From Macrostomum hystrix (Eukaryota > Animalia > Platyhelminthes), in assembly GCA_950097015.1 (NCBI GenBank), contig CATNEN010000003.1, forward strand, positions 7,378,001 through 7,442,000: 64,000 bases of DNA, written 5' to 3'. Every line of letters starts with the position of its first letter. The first letter of the stretch is position 1. Below the pieces are notes generated by a model, which worked only from the letters and a program-made list of their open reading frames with translations, was not told where the DNA came from and ran no database searches. A program made the translations under genes and the position numbers. Shown one piece after another: positions 35,801-49,069 of the stretch.

Positions 35801-38800
35801 CTGATTGTCGGACTGCAGTTGCGTGCTGTTCCCCATCCCGATGTCGCTGCTGACTTGAGAATGTCCGTGGGAGCTGCTCTGAAAATCTTCCCGAAGAACC
35901 GACCTGTCACATTCACTGCCTCGATGCAGTTCGGAACTGGTCCGAATTTCAAGTACTTCTGGGACTTTGGCGACGGCAGTAGCATGCAATCCAGCAGCAG
36001 TTCTGTCAGCCATCAGTACGCAAAGGATGGGAAGCACATCATCAGTGTGAATGCCTCACACAGCTTTAGCAAAGCCTCTGCGTCTACAAACATCACAGTT
36101 TATCGACCTGTGGACCAGCTCGCGATCGGAGCTGACCTGACATCGTCGATGATGCAACCGTATGAGGTGTTTGTCGACCTCGGAATGCTTCCCGATGAGG
36201 CGTGCTTCATCGCCGACTTCAGCGCATTCGGAGGCAAGGTGTCTGCCAACCAGAGCGCTCATGTGTTTGGAAGTGCCACTGCATGCCAAACTCTTTCACC
36301 TGTGAAAGATCAGTACAGAACAATGTACTGGGACAATGCCTTGTCGCAAGAGTATCTCAGACTATATCAGGCGTCGCTGACTGGTCCAGTGTCTCCAATC
36401 ATCCGCTTCATCAAAAACTTTACTTACTTTGATCAGCAGACTGTTCGGCTGCTCGGCTACAACAAGTACTCGATGCAGGAGACCTCATTTTACCTGGTCG
36501 TATCCAAGGGCCCCTGCTCAAAGCCGAAGCTTAATCTGTCATACGCGATGCCGGATCCGAGATTTTCGAGAGACCAACTGCTAGTCTTCAATCCGTATCT
36601 CAGTGTGAACTGTTACAATAACAGCGTCGAGATCAAGTGGAAAGTCGACACGTACAACAACGCCACCGGATCATGGGATGACTATATGCCTAGCCTGAAA
36701 GCCTTTCATCAGACTTATCCCAGTCACGTGAACTATGTTGTCCTTGACGACAGGCTCATATCGGGGATCATGTTTCAAGGAACGAACGACCAGCTGAAGA
36801 CGTTCACCGTTTATCCGTTCGCGTTCAAAATTCACTCATCTTACAGGATAACAGTTCAGGCTACGATGACTGAGGAGCCAGCGTTGAATGCAACCGACTC
36901 CATTGTGGTCAACATCTACAAGGCACCGCTACGACCATGTGTCAACTACAAAGTGTACGACCAAGAGCTCTCAAGGTGGTATAGCTTGAGCAGTCCTGCT
37001 CAGAGTAAGTTCGGGTTCGAGGTTGAGTTCGATGCCGGCTGCAGCGTCAACCCAAATAAATTTGGTCTTGCTGGAGAGTTCAGCAACTGGGACTTTCAGT
37101 TCTACTGCAACCGGGAGTGTGAGGGCGACTTGGTGTTCGGCCCGAATGCTTCGTACAGCTTCGACAACCAGCCAAAGAATGTGTGTAATAGAACCTTATT
37201 GAATGGTCAAGTGGCGCACAATTTAACCTGCTTTAGTTTAGATCCGCTATTGACCAAGCATTATCTTGCGAGAGTTGTGAAGAGTGACTGGAACTATACA
37301 AACCCAGCTGGTAAAATGAACTATATCTACTCAATTGCGGACTTCAAAGCATGGAAGGACGATGCTGAGGGCGCCCAGAAGATGAAAAGATACTTGTATT
37401 ACATGACAAGCCAGCGCTCCGACTCGCCGCTTATCCTGAACACTCTGACTGCATTCGAGAAGGAGACGCACAGCATCTATGTTGTTGTGCGCGACAGAAA
37501 TGATCCGCTGATGGATCCGCAGATTGCTAAGGTTGTCGTCACCTTGACAACAGGAATGCCACCCATCATAAACGACATGTAAGCCTTGTGCGTCCAATTA
37601 AATGTAAATGCTGTCTACTTAGTCTCCGTGTTTCATTTTCAGATGCATAAGCAATTGTCACAAGAGCGTTGTACAAATCAGGAAGATTAATGGACAGCCA
37701 TGCGAGGATCAGGCAATCAACATAAACACAAACATTCCAATCAAATTTCAAACCTCGATAGAAAATTACATTCCTGGCGCCGTGTTTCACTTTCGCTGGC
37801 AAATGTCCGACCTGAAGACACCAATTCGCTCCTGCCCTAGCGATCTGTCACAGAACTCAGTGCTGAGTGGACTCGATCACCTCGAAGCAGATGTCAATAA
37901 GCCCGACTGGAGTCTAATTGGTAGGATTTAAGCAAAGGGGCTTTTCTATTTTGATTAAACATTTTCGCTTTCATAATAAATATAAAGGAATTAGGTATTG
38001 AACGCTCTGTTACATAGTTCCAAAAAATGCATACTGGTTTCTCTTTTTAGACGGACAACAGTGCGCCAGCACAGGTAATTAAACGTTCTGTTAGATTCAT
38101 CCAGGACGAAAAAAGTGAGAATTTGAGCTCCCATTGAAATGTAATTCAATTTTCAGGAATCTACTCTCCAGGATTAGCTATAGATGGTACCAACTGCCTG
38201 CCCGCGGCAACCGATGGTATTTTCATTCTTAGAATTAAGTCGTATCGTGACGGTTCCGCCTACAACTACGGTTTCAAGCTGCTTTACCTGATGATTAACC
38301 GGGCCCCCGACATCAGCATGCTGTCTGTCCGAGCCTTTCCCGAGGTTGGCGAAGCGCTGAACACCAAATTTCAGTTCACTTGCAGCGGTGCAACAGATAG
38401 CGACAACCCGCTAACGTACAACATTGGCTATAGTCAGGTGGAGAATCCTAGCAGCCCCGATGATTGCATACCTATTGAAATAGGTAATATGATACTAAAA
38501 AGTTGTCTAGTTGCTGCCTTAGAAATAAAAAAATTATTTTGTTTTACCGTTATGTTTCAGGCTCTACCGAATGCAAACTCAGCCAAGCGGCTATGCTTCC
38601 TCCTGGACCTGATGCCCGAAATAATCAACTTACAGTCTGCATTCAAGTATTCGACGGAGCTATGTCATCGTCGTTCTACAAGGCCTCGCTGGTGCAGGTC
38701 AGGGCCCGAACAGTAAGCATGGACGAGATCAGCAAGGGCAGCATTATAAATAGCATTGAAGGTGGGGCGTACAGTGGCAACGCCCGCCAAATGGGAGCTT

Positions 38801-41800
38801 CAGCCTTCCCAGCTATCAACGCCATCAACTCGATGTCCTCAGACACGCAAGCACAAGTGGAAGAGAAAACTAAAGTTCGACGCCAGATAGTTGGCCTCAT
38901 TTCAAAGTGCGTCAATGCATCTGATGGCAACGCAACTGCTGAGAATCGTCTGAGAGACATCGAATTCCAGTCGAAGATGCTGAGCACAGTTACCGAGGCG
39001 CCAGATGGCGAGCTTGACAATGAGACACTGGCTACCGCTGCGCAGGCTAGTTTTAGCATGGCAAATAGCTTGCTAGAGATCTCGCAGCAGCGTACTGTAT
39101 CCTACAATGAGGTTTTGGCTAGTACGACTCGGTTAGTGGCATCATGCGGCAGCATCGCTGCGCCGGCAGCAGGACAACAGGGCTCGTCATCGGGCAGCTC
39201 AAAAGCCAGCTCTCAAGTACTTAGCAGTCTGGAGACTGTTGCCAGCGCCCTAGGAAACAAAATGGTTTCAGAAGAGCGTCGAACATTCGTTTCTTCCGGA
39301 AACATTAGCGTCGTTGTCGAAAAGCGACAGCCAAGCAGTCTTAATAATGGTGAGATGCTTTTTTGTGCACGAAATATTGACAGAACGGGCTAAATTGAAG
39401 CTTTCGTAGGTACTATAAAAAATTGAAGTTCGAATCAGTAAAATATGATGAAATATGATGAAAGGAGAACGAACAAAGAACAAAAAATTGAATGCTTTAT
39501 TCTTTTTAGCCAAGCTCAAGGCAAGTGGTTCAAAGGATTGCGACAGTTTCAAGCTCGGCGACTTTAAAGACAGCTCAGGAAACAGCGTCCTAGTGGAGCC
39601 AGATCCGAAAAATCCTAACTCAACAGTTCCTTCTCAGTCTGCTCTGACAAGGGTAAGTTGTGTCTTTTCAGCAAATTTTTACAAAGATGAGCCTAATGAG
39701 AAAAACATTTTCAAAATTGAAGGTGGTTAAGAGCAAGGCAAATTTATTTGCATCGGCCAGAGGAGGAGGAAACATGACTTCGAGCAGCTACTCAATCAGC
39801 ATGTCCTCAGCATCGAACGGTGATTACGACATTAGCGACCTCGGCCCGTCATCTTGGATTGAGATGCGACTCACAAATATACTAGGGGACAATGAAACAG
39901 TTCCCAGCACTTTTGGCCAGACGTCTGATAAATCGGCAACTCTGCAAACTCAAAAGATTCTAGTCGATACTAGCAGCGCTTTGCTGGTAAAAGTTGAGCG
40001 TTTCTTCAACACAACTGAAGCTGCGGCTTTCATTGAGCAGATGGCAATGAACGCTACTGAGAACTATGGCTTCTTAGTTTATTTTAAGATTGGCTCAGCT
40101 CCTACAGACGACTCATACGACCACCTGTGCCAGCTGCCACTGCCTGCGAACACAGTTTGCAAAGCACCAGTGAACGCCACGGGTGCACTGGATAATCAGA
40201 CCGAAAGTGCAGCTGTACTTAGTCAGGAATCCTGCAGCTGTCGGAACACTTCAGAGGGCTGGCTCTGCAACCAGCTTACTGCTAGCTATAACAAAACCGC
40301 ACTACGAACTGGTCCAGACTTAAAAGTTGCCACATGTTTGTGCAACTCCAGTTGGTGCGAGATGATCCAATCGGAAAGCGCTGACAGTTGCGCCAAGGCA
40401 AACTCAAATCGACCCGATTTGTGGACCTGCTTCCTGTCAGTGGACGACATTAATACGTGAGTATAGACTGCATTTGTCTGCTCTTTTATCAAGCATCGTT
40501 CATAGGTCTGTCAGCGCTCTGAAAAATACCCATCCGATTTTTAGTCGCCAAACAGAAAAGACCGTTTATTTTGGCATCAGAGCTGTCAAGTTGGGCAGTA
40601 ATGGAAAGCCACTAGTTACTATCAGCGGCAGCAGCAGCAGCAGCGGCGGCAGCAGCGGCAGCGGAAACTTAGATAAAAGCTCTTACCAGTATCTGAATAT
40701 CGATTTTAAAAGTACTGCATTTACCGCGGGATGCTTTTATTTGGATACAAAGACCTACGAGTTCAGCAATTTTGGTGTCTACGTAAGTAGTTGTGTTGCC
40801 TAACAACAAAAATTCTCATTCTAATTGCTGGAGGGCTGCAGGCAAATGGCACATCATTTCGTGACACTAGACCCACAGTCAGAGGGGAACCAATTCTGCC
40901 CTAGTTCGCTGACTCCTGAGCACACACTCATAACAGATGCTGTACGCAGGCACACATTCACACAAGTGTGCACATCTGCCCTGACTTTCTCATCGTCAAG
41001 CAGTTTACACTCTCAGTGTGCCTTGGAGGTTGGCCCTAAAGTGCCTAAATTGCACGACAATTGCACTCAAGCCTTCTCTGCGCGGCTGCGCCCCAAAGAA
41101 ATGTGGCCACGTCGAGAAATTGAGTTTAGGAACGTTGGTTAGAGAGGCAAACGCTCTGCCACCGACCCCCTGCCAAACAACAAAATCAGAAACTAAAACT
41201 ACGATTTGCCTCGATTTACTGTCAACAGGTTGGTCAGTGCAGCACCCCAACAGAGACACAATGCTACAGCAGCCACATGACGTCATTCATGTCGTCATTC
41301 TATGTGCCTCCATTGGCATTTAACCCAGCCGACTCGGCCTGGCTTAAATTAGATTCTAACCCGATTGCACTCAGTGTTGTTATTGCCCTCGTCTGCTTCT
41401 ATTTTATTGTTGTCATCTGGGTGCGTCGACGAGATAAGGACGACTTAAAGAAGGTCGGAGTCACTCCGCTGCCTGACAATCATCCCGCTGACGAATTTCG
41501 GTGCGTTATCCACGATTGACAAAATTTCTCGCGATTTATTATTCCTTATTGCGCATAAGGTTGTAGCCTAGTGGTTAGAGCGTCGGACTGACGACTTGAA
41601 GGTCGGGGGTTCGATTTCTTAGCAAGGCACTTAAATCTGCGTTGCTTCAGTTCACCAAACTGTTAAATGAGTACCAGCATTAGCTGGGGTAATTAAGGGT
41701 GTATTTGGCGTCCCCCAGTCCATGCATGCATGTCTAAATTCATGTATTTTAAGAATTTGACGTCCATTATTGTGCATGGGCTTGAGTAGTTTTATACGGT

Positions 41801-44800
41801 CAGCTTAGATACGAATGTAAAAGGTTTTATATAATTGTCTGTCTTCTGAAATTTCTATTATTTCCTAATTATAGTACAGGAAGTGTCGAAAAAATTGCTT
41901 TTCACTCTTGTTTAATAATGTAGGACTTTTTTGCATAGCGGGATTATCTCAAAGTAAGGATTTCTTATTGACGCTTTCGATTGTAAAATACCGCCGTTTC
42001 ACTCACAGGTATGAGCTGACATTCTGGACGGGCGCCAGACGGCACGCGGGTACGACAGCCCAAGTGTCATTCTGCCTGATTGGAGAGGATTCGGAGACTG
42101 AGGCCCGGCCTGTCATCGATCCCAAGAGGCCCGTGCTGCAGACTGGAAGCGTGGATTCGTTCTACATGACAACGCCGTGTTACCTGGGTCGGCTGACGCA
42201 CGCCAGAATTTGGCACGATAATGCCGGCTCAGATGCAAAGTGGTACTTTAGCCGATTGCTAGTTGAAGATCTGCAAACGGGAGACAAGTACTTTTTTATC
42301 TGCAACCGTTGGTTCGCCTTTGACGAGGATGATGGAATGGTAAAGTATTTTACTTACTGGCTCTTTTACAACAAACAATATATGCGATTTTTCGATTATC
42401 CTTTCAGGTTGACAGGATCATGCCTGTGTCCGGAATGGAGGAGGTCAGAAAGTTCGACGTCGTCTTCTGGAGCAAGGCGCAGAAGAACCTCAACGATGGC
42501 CACTTGTGGCTCTCCGTGGTGACCAGGTCGCCCAGAAGCAAGTTCACGAGGGTCCAGCGCGCAACTGCCTGTCTCGTGCTGGTCATGAGCACCATGATGG
42601 TGAACCTCATGTTCTATGGCCAGACCAAGCAAGTCCAGAGTCCTCAGCTTATCGAGTTCGGTCCTATCAAGCTCACAGCGCACAGCATCTACCTGGCGAC
42701 TGTGTCGTCGCTCATCATTCTGCCCATCAATGTCCTCATTGTTGTGCTGTTCAAGAACAGGCGCAACAAGCCAAAGTCGGCTTCATCGAAGGTGAAGCCT
42801 CGTGGTCCGGTGACTCTCGATGACGATGGTGAAGATGGCGAAGGCAAAAAGTACGCAGTGAGCGAGACTGCTCCAGTCAGCCATGACGCTGCTGACAAAT
42901 CCTTGAAGTCGAGAGTGATGGCTCGCCTTCGTCCTGCCATCCGCCGAGTGTGGCCGCTGCCCTGGTGGTCCTTCATCATCGGCTACATCCTGTCAGTGCT
43001 CAGCGTCGCGACTTGCACCTACCTGATGGTGGAGTTCGGCGGAGTGCTCGGTGAGGCCAAGACGTCCGAGTGGCTCGCCTCGATGCTGGTCACGCTGCTG
43101 CAGTCGATTGTGCTGATCCAGCCGGTGAAGATCGTGGTCATCGCCGCCGCCTACGCGCTGCTCGTGAAGAAAATCGACGAGGACGAGGACGAGGTGACGA
43201 AGGAGATGATCGCCGCCGGACTGCCACCTGTGCACGAGCGGCTCACCTTGAAGGACCTGACGGACCCGAGCAAGCGGGAGATGTTTTTGAAGTCGAAGCG
43301 CGCGCCACCTCCACCTGACGAGCATGTCCTGCGGGAATTGCGGCTGCAACGGTGAGTTTTGAGATATTGCCTAAATACCGTAGGACTCAGGGTAGTTTTT
43401 GAAAGTACTTTGTGTAGTCCAAATTTAAATAATAATTTATCACAGAATCCGCGAGAACAACATGAACGACATTCTGAAGGACATAGCTTTCTACATCCTA
43501 TTCCTTATCGTACTAATGATGGCCGCCTACACTAGCCAAGACTACAGGTCATATCTACAAAATAAGTACGTCAAGAACATGATGGCGGATGGAATTTACG
43601 TGTTAAATCCGGCTAACCCACCAAAAACACTGTCGACTGCTGTGCGCCGAGAGTCACTGTGGGCCTACTTGAACAATACTGTGGTACCCACCGCTTACCC
43701 AGTTGCGTGCTACAATGGCGAGTCCTGCAACCAAGTCGGCTTGAACTGGACCTCTGATCCTAACATCATGCTTGTGAGAATGGTTCAGCTCAGGCAGCTG
43801 CGGCTTAGAAAGGCCATAGACACCTGCAAAATCTCTGCCTACTTTGCCAACATGATCAGCGAGTGCCGGCCGGAGTACAGTATGCTGCGCGACGATGAAA
43901 GGTCTTTCACACCTGGATGGCTGCTTGCGAACTCGTCAAGTAAGTTTTATACTACGGTCCACTGAGCGTGGAATTTTTAGCGCCCTACTCACACTTAACG
44001 ACAAGAATCTAAAATACCAAGCTTTAAAGACACATGCGTTCCTGTTCAAGGAGTTTTTGCAACATGTCACAGCACGCTAGTACGAGAACACTGCGATCAA
44101 GTGCACTGAATTTTTCAAAGCAAGTCAGACATTCTAAGTACAGGCAATGAATTTTCTAAATAATAGAAGGATACATTTGTTTGAAATTTGAGTACTTTCA
44201 TCCAGGCATCCAAGAAAATGCCTTCAGTGACTGTCAGTTAAGCATAAAATTTGTAAGTGAAACTGATTATAAAAGCGGAATTATTTAAAGTTTCGCAAGC
44301 TCCAATTCCTAGAAAAATTTCCATTCTATCCTAGTTGCCTAAAGGTGTGGAAAACTGGTAGCTTAAAAGTTTAACTAGGAAAGTACGAAATTTAGTACGA
44401 ACTATGAAGGTTGAGTACTGGAAAAATGTCCTCCTAATTTATGGCAGTTTAGGTTCACCTTATGGATTTGGATACGTGGATCGTGGATCTAAGTAATTAA
44501 GTAAAAATTGCATACATTTTTGAATGATGTACAATAAAAAGTGCTTTAACTTGATTAACATAAATGTTAGCTAAGAAACTTTTTGGCACTTCTTTACAAT
44601 GGAGTACGAGCGTATCTTTCTCTATAAACTCTGGACTTGATCATAAAGACGTAAACATGAATGATTGAGCATCAGTTAAATCAGCATGTAAACTCAAAGA
44701 AACTTCACCGACCTTCTGCGACCTCAACAGACCTGCTAACTCATCCTCCACCGACCTCCACCCCATCCTCCACCGACCTCCACCCCATCCTCCACCGACC

Positions 44801-47800
44801 TCCACCCCATCCTCCACCGACCTCCACCCCATCCTCCACCGACCTCCACCCCATCCTCCACCGACCTCCACCCCATCCTCCACCGACCTCCACCCCATCC
44901 TCCACCGACCTCCACCCCATCCTCCACCGACCTCCACCCCATCCTCCACCGACCTCCACCCCATCCTCCACCGACCTCCACCCCATCCTCCACCGACCTC
45001 CACCCCATCCTCCACCGATCTCCATCCGATCCTCCAACACCTTCTACAATCTACACCATTCTCAACCGACCTACACCTCATCCGTCCATCCCATCCTCCA
45101 CCAGCGCCAACACAGAAGGAATGGAGCTACACCAGCGCCATGGAGATGTACGGCACCCCAGTTGGTGGCAGTCTGGCAACCTACTCAGGCGGAGGCTACG
45201 TGGCCTCTCTAGGTCGGAACAGGGCTGAGGCGCAAGCCAAGGTGACAACTCTGGCTGCAGAAGGCTGGCTGGACCTGTACACAAGAGCCGTTTTTGTGGA
45301 GATGCTGCTGTACAATCCCAACACGAATCTGTTTACATTTTGTGAACTGTTGCTGGAATTCTACAATGGCGGCACATTCCTCCCTGATCCGATGATCTTC
45401 ACGCTTCGACTAGACCGATACGTTGGTGCCAACGGCATGCTGTACTTGGCGCTAGACATTTTGTCTCTGATTTTCATCGTCGCTTTTCTAGTAAAAGAGA
45501 TTAGCGCGCTACATAAGAAGAAGTGCGATTACTTTCAGGTAAGTGGCGAGGATCAGTGGCAGAGCGGCTAACGCGTTTGCCTCTCGCACCAAGGTCTCTA
45601 AGTTCGATTCCTCGGTGAGGCCACATTCATTTGGGGCGCAGCCGCGGAGTGAAGGCTTGGGTGCTTGTCGTGAAATTTACGCCCTTAAGGGCCAACCTCC
45701 AAGGCACAGTGAAAGTCTACACTGCCTGAAGATGAGAAAATAATGCCAGTTGTACATTGCCTGCCCCGTGAGTTTGTGCCTGACTACAGTATCTGTGTGC
45801 GTGTGTGCTCAGGAGTCAGCGAAACAGGCAGAATTGCCTCCTCACTGGCTGCGTGTCTAGTGTCACCCAATGTTGGATAGATACGAGTGTAACATGTTAG
45901 ATACGAGTGTAACATGTTAGATACGAGTGTAACATGTTAGATACGAGTGTAACATGTTAGATACGAGTGTAACATGTTAGATACGAGTGTAACATGTTAG
46001 ATACGAGTGTCACATGTTAGATACGAGTGTCACATGTTAGATACGAGTGTCACATGTTAGATACGACGTAACATGTTAGATACGAGTGTAACATGTTAGA
46101 TACGAGTGTAACATGTTAGACATGAGTATAAAATGTTGGATAGAAGTGCAAAATTTCAGGTACAGCTGTAAAGTTTAATAACATGATTATACATGTAGTT
46201 CCACAACAAATTAAAATAATTAGTGAAAAAAAATCGCAATATGCAGTCTAAAAATTGTTATGCCAACTCACAGGACGCATTCAATGTGATGGATTTCATC
46301 CTCCTGCTAGTGTGTTGCGCCGAGATAGGACTATTCGCCACTAGAATCATCGCTCAGAAAGGCGTGTCTTATCTGCTAACCACCTATCCGAACAAGTTTG
46401 TCAACTTTCAGTGGCTCATTCTGTGGCAGCAGGTAAATATGCCTTTATTATTTCATCCTCAATCGATACGAGTAACATCTTAATCCTGGAGTAATCACAC
46501 CTTAATCCTGAAGTGATCACACCTTAATCCTGGAGTGATCACACATTAATCCTGGAGTGATCACACTTAATTCCTGGAGTGATCACACTTTAATCCTGGA
46601 GTGATCACACATTAATCCTGGAGTGATCACACTTTAATCCTGGAGTGATCACACAATTATCCTGGAGTGATCACACATTAATCCTGGAGTGATCGCACCT
46701 TAATCCTGGAGTGATCACACAATTATCCTGGAGTGATCACACTTTAATCCTGGAGTGATCACACTTAATTCCTGGAGTGATCACACTTTAATCCTGGAGT
46801 GATCACACTTAATTCCTGGAGTGATCACACATTAATCCTGTAGTGATCACACATTAATCCTGTAGTGATCACACATTAACCCTGGAGTGATCACACTTTA
46901 ATCCTGGAGTGATCACACTTAATTCCTGGAGTGATCACACATTAATCCTGTAGTGATCACACATTAATCCTGGAGTGATCACACTTTAATCCTGGAGTGA
47001 TCACACAATTATCCTGGAGTGATCACACATTAATCCTGTAGTGATCACACATTAACCCTGGAGTGATCACACTTAATTCCTGGAGTGATCACACTTAATT
47101 CCTGGAGTGATCACACTTTAATCCTGGAGTGATCACACATTAATCCTGGAGTGATCACACTTTAATCCTGGAGTGATCACAGTTGATTACTAGATTACTA
47201 GACTAGATGGATTTTGTAGAACGATCAAACCAGTAGTGTGGACTTCAGTTAAGACCTTAGACTAAGCCGCAGCGCTGTTACACTTTAATTCCAGATGAAC
47301 CAGCTATTCATGGGTCTCATTGTGTTTATCTTCACCATCCGGTTCCTCCGACTGTTGACCTTCAACCGCAAGATGCGTATGCTGGGCTGCGTGCTGCAGA
47401 AGGCAGCCAAACCGCTCATGCACTTTGGCATTGTCTTCGGAGTCATGTTCTTCGCCTTTGTGCAGATGGGCTATCTAATGTTCTTCTGCAATGTGGACAG
47501 CTTCAAGACTCCTGTGGCGACTGTGGAAACTCTGGGAGTTATGACGCTGAGTAAGACGACACAGATCATTGTCTATTACCCTACCACTCTCCTATCACTC
47601 TACCACCCACCAATACACTCTTCCACTCTCCTATCACTCTCCCACTTTCTCATTTCACTCTACCACTCTCTCATATCACTCTATAACTCTCTCCTATCAC
47701 TCTGTCACTATCTCATCATATTCTGTCACTCTCTCATCATATTCTGTCACTGATCTCTCACATATTCTGTCACTCTCTCATCATATTCTGTCACCCTCTC

Positions 47801-48486
47801 ATCATATTCTGTCACTCTGTCATCATATTCTGTCACTCTGTCATCATATTCTGTCACTCTCTCATCATATTCTGTCACTCTCTCATCATATTCTGTCACT
47901 CTCTCATCATATTCTGTCACTCTAGCCTCTATTCAGACGCACAACATATCAAAGCGCATAATTCTACCCCCAAATTCTTGCAGACAAGTTCGACTTCACC
48001 ACGTTCATTGTTGGCGGCGGAAAGCTCGGCATGATTTTCTTCTTCTTCTACATGCTGTTTGTCTCTTTTATTCTAATCAACTTCTTCTTAACTATCATCC
48101 TGGAGAGCTTCTCGGCTGTGAAGGCAGACTGGGCCAACGTCAACAACGACTACGAGATTGTCGACTACGCTGTCTCCTGTTTGAGGTCTTTGTTCGGCTG
48201 CAAGGAGGTCGGCAATAAGTTGCACCACATCGACACAAGATTTAACTACATGCAAGGTAAGTGAAGATTTGGGACGTATTTTTTCTGTATCTCTCAAACA
48301 AATATGCCGTCCGTTTTCATTCCCGCAGAAGTGTCAGATCCGCAGGAGCAGCTCATGGAGCTGGATGTGAAGCTGGATCAGCTGGAGCTGTACATCTGCA
48401 CAGCCGGGGTTCGCCTTGAGGACAAGCAGGCCAAGGAAATCAAAGCCAAGATAAGCACGGAGCGAACCGTGTTTGGCGAACAGTGA
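29890..48486 (+). CDS. Polycystin-1-like (PKD1L/REJ-type) protein, paralog B; multi-exon
   Basis: Signal exon 29890-29971 and WSC-like exons ~30088-30248 and ~30546-30733 (FSGIYTSLCFCG). Large exon 34829-~37578, GPS QCYSSHMTSF at ~41260-41290, PLAT ~42010-42339, TM exon 42408-43351, then TOP and channel exons to the stop at 48486. Exon layout matches paralog A wherever checked. Confidence 0.93.
31150..31410 (-). mobile_element. tRNA-derived SINE family B (CORE-like body), copy 1
   Basis: Reverse strand shows an A-box (GTGGCTTAGTTG), a B-box (GGTTCGATTCC) and a TGCTTCAGTTCACC...AAATGGGTA body shared with 41558-41725. Confidence 0.65.
32150..32477 (-). mobile_element. SINE family A, copy 3
   Basis: Reverse-complement match to the family consensus. 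Intronic in paralog B. Confidence 0.8.
33361..33699 (-). mobile_element. SINE family A, copy 4
   Basis: Full-length, including the tail CCCTCCAGCAATTATTA. Intronic. Confidence 0.8.
40822..41170 (-). mobile_element. SINE family A, copy 5
   Basis: Reverse-complement match, in the intron immediately before the GPS exon. Confidence 0.8.
41558..41725 (+). mobile_element. SINE family B, copy 2
   Basis: GTAGCCTAGTGGTTAGAGCG (A-box), GGTTCGATT (B-box) and a body similar to 31150-31410. Confidence 0.65.
44741..45020. repeat. 22-bp tandem repeat (CCCCATCCTCCACCGACCTCCA)n
   Basis: Visible exact period of 22. Intronic. Confidence 0.95.
45547..45872 (+). mobile_element. SINE family A, copy 6
   Basis: AGTGGCAGAGCGGCTAACGCG head, GTTCGATTCC and the family body. 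The 3' end runs directly into the 20-bp array. Confidence 0.8.
45878..46125. repeat. 20-bp tandem repeat (ATACGAGTGTAACATGTTAG)n
   Basis: Visible period of 20. Confidence 0.95.
46480..47180. repeat. 22-bp tandem repeat (TTAATCCTGGAGTGATCACACW)n
   Basis: Visible period of 22, about 32 units. Confidence 0.95.
47570..47922. repeat. 21-bp tandem repeat (CTCTCATCATATTCTGTCACT)n, degenerate at the 5' end
   Basis: Visible period of 21. Confidence 0.9.
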
Positions 48487-49069
48487 AGACAGAAAAAAAT
48501 TTACCAATTAACTATATTTTACTCTTTCTAAACTTTTCTTCTTCTGGATTGGGACGAGCAAAACCAACTTTTTATTCCCAAATTATTTTGCAATAATAAT
48601 ACTTATCCTCAAAAGAATATACTTGACAGTAGAAATAGCCAAATTACTGAGACTTTTAAAATTTCTTTCTACTCCTAGCTTCACCGTTACCTTTCCTTTC
48701 ATAAAAAACTGGAACAAGATTTACTGAAACCCATAAAAATAAAGGTCTTCTTTTAAATTGTAGTTTTTCTTTCGGCAATTAAAAACGACGAATTGAACTT
48801 TTGAATTAGTTTTTTATTTAAAAAAAGCTGATGGACTTAACTGTCCATAATAGTGAATAAGTAACTTTCTGGGACAGCAACAAAACACATTCGAGAATTA
48901 CATCAAATCGGATGATGGGTGGTTTATCGATAAACAAAAAACATACTCCTACTAACAGTAGGCGAAAGGGGTTTTACGATTGTTTTGTAACAACAGGAAA
49001 AAGAGTTAGTCCTTGCACATTCTTCTGGTCGGTAAACTACCGTCAGCCGCACGTTCACAGACAGGTTAA

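Noticed and set aside
41558-41620. tRNA-like sequence
   Set aside because: There is no complete acceptor stem and it continues into a SINE body, so it is called as a SINE head and not a tRNA gene.
44641-45212. Repetitive ORFs (GWRSVEDGVEVGGG / PPPHPPPTST)
   Set aside because: These are translations of the 22-bp intronic minisatellite.
11043-48486. Recent whole-gene tandem duplication or a haplotype assembled twice
   Set aside because: Introns and most exons are highly diverged. Only two intra-exonic tracts are near-identical.
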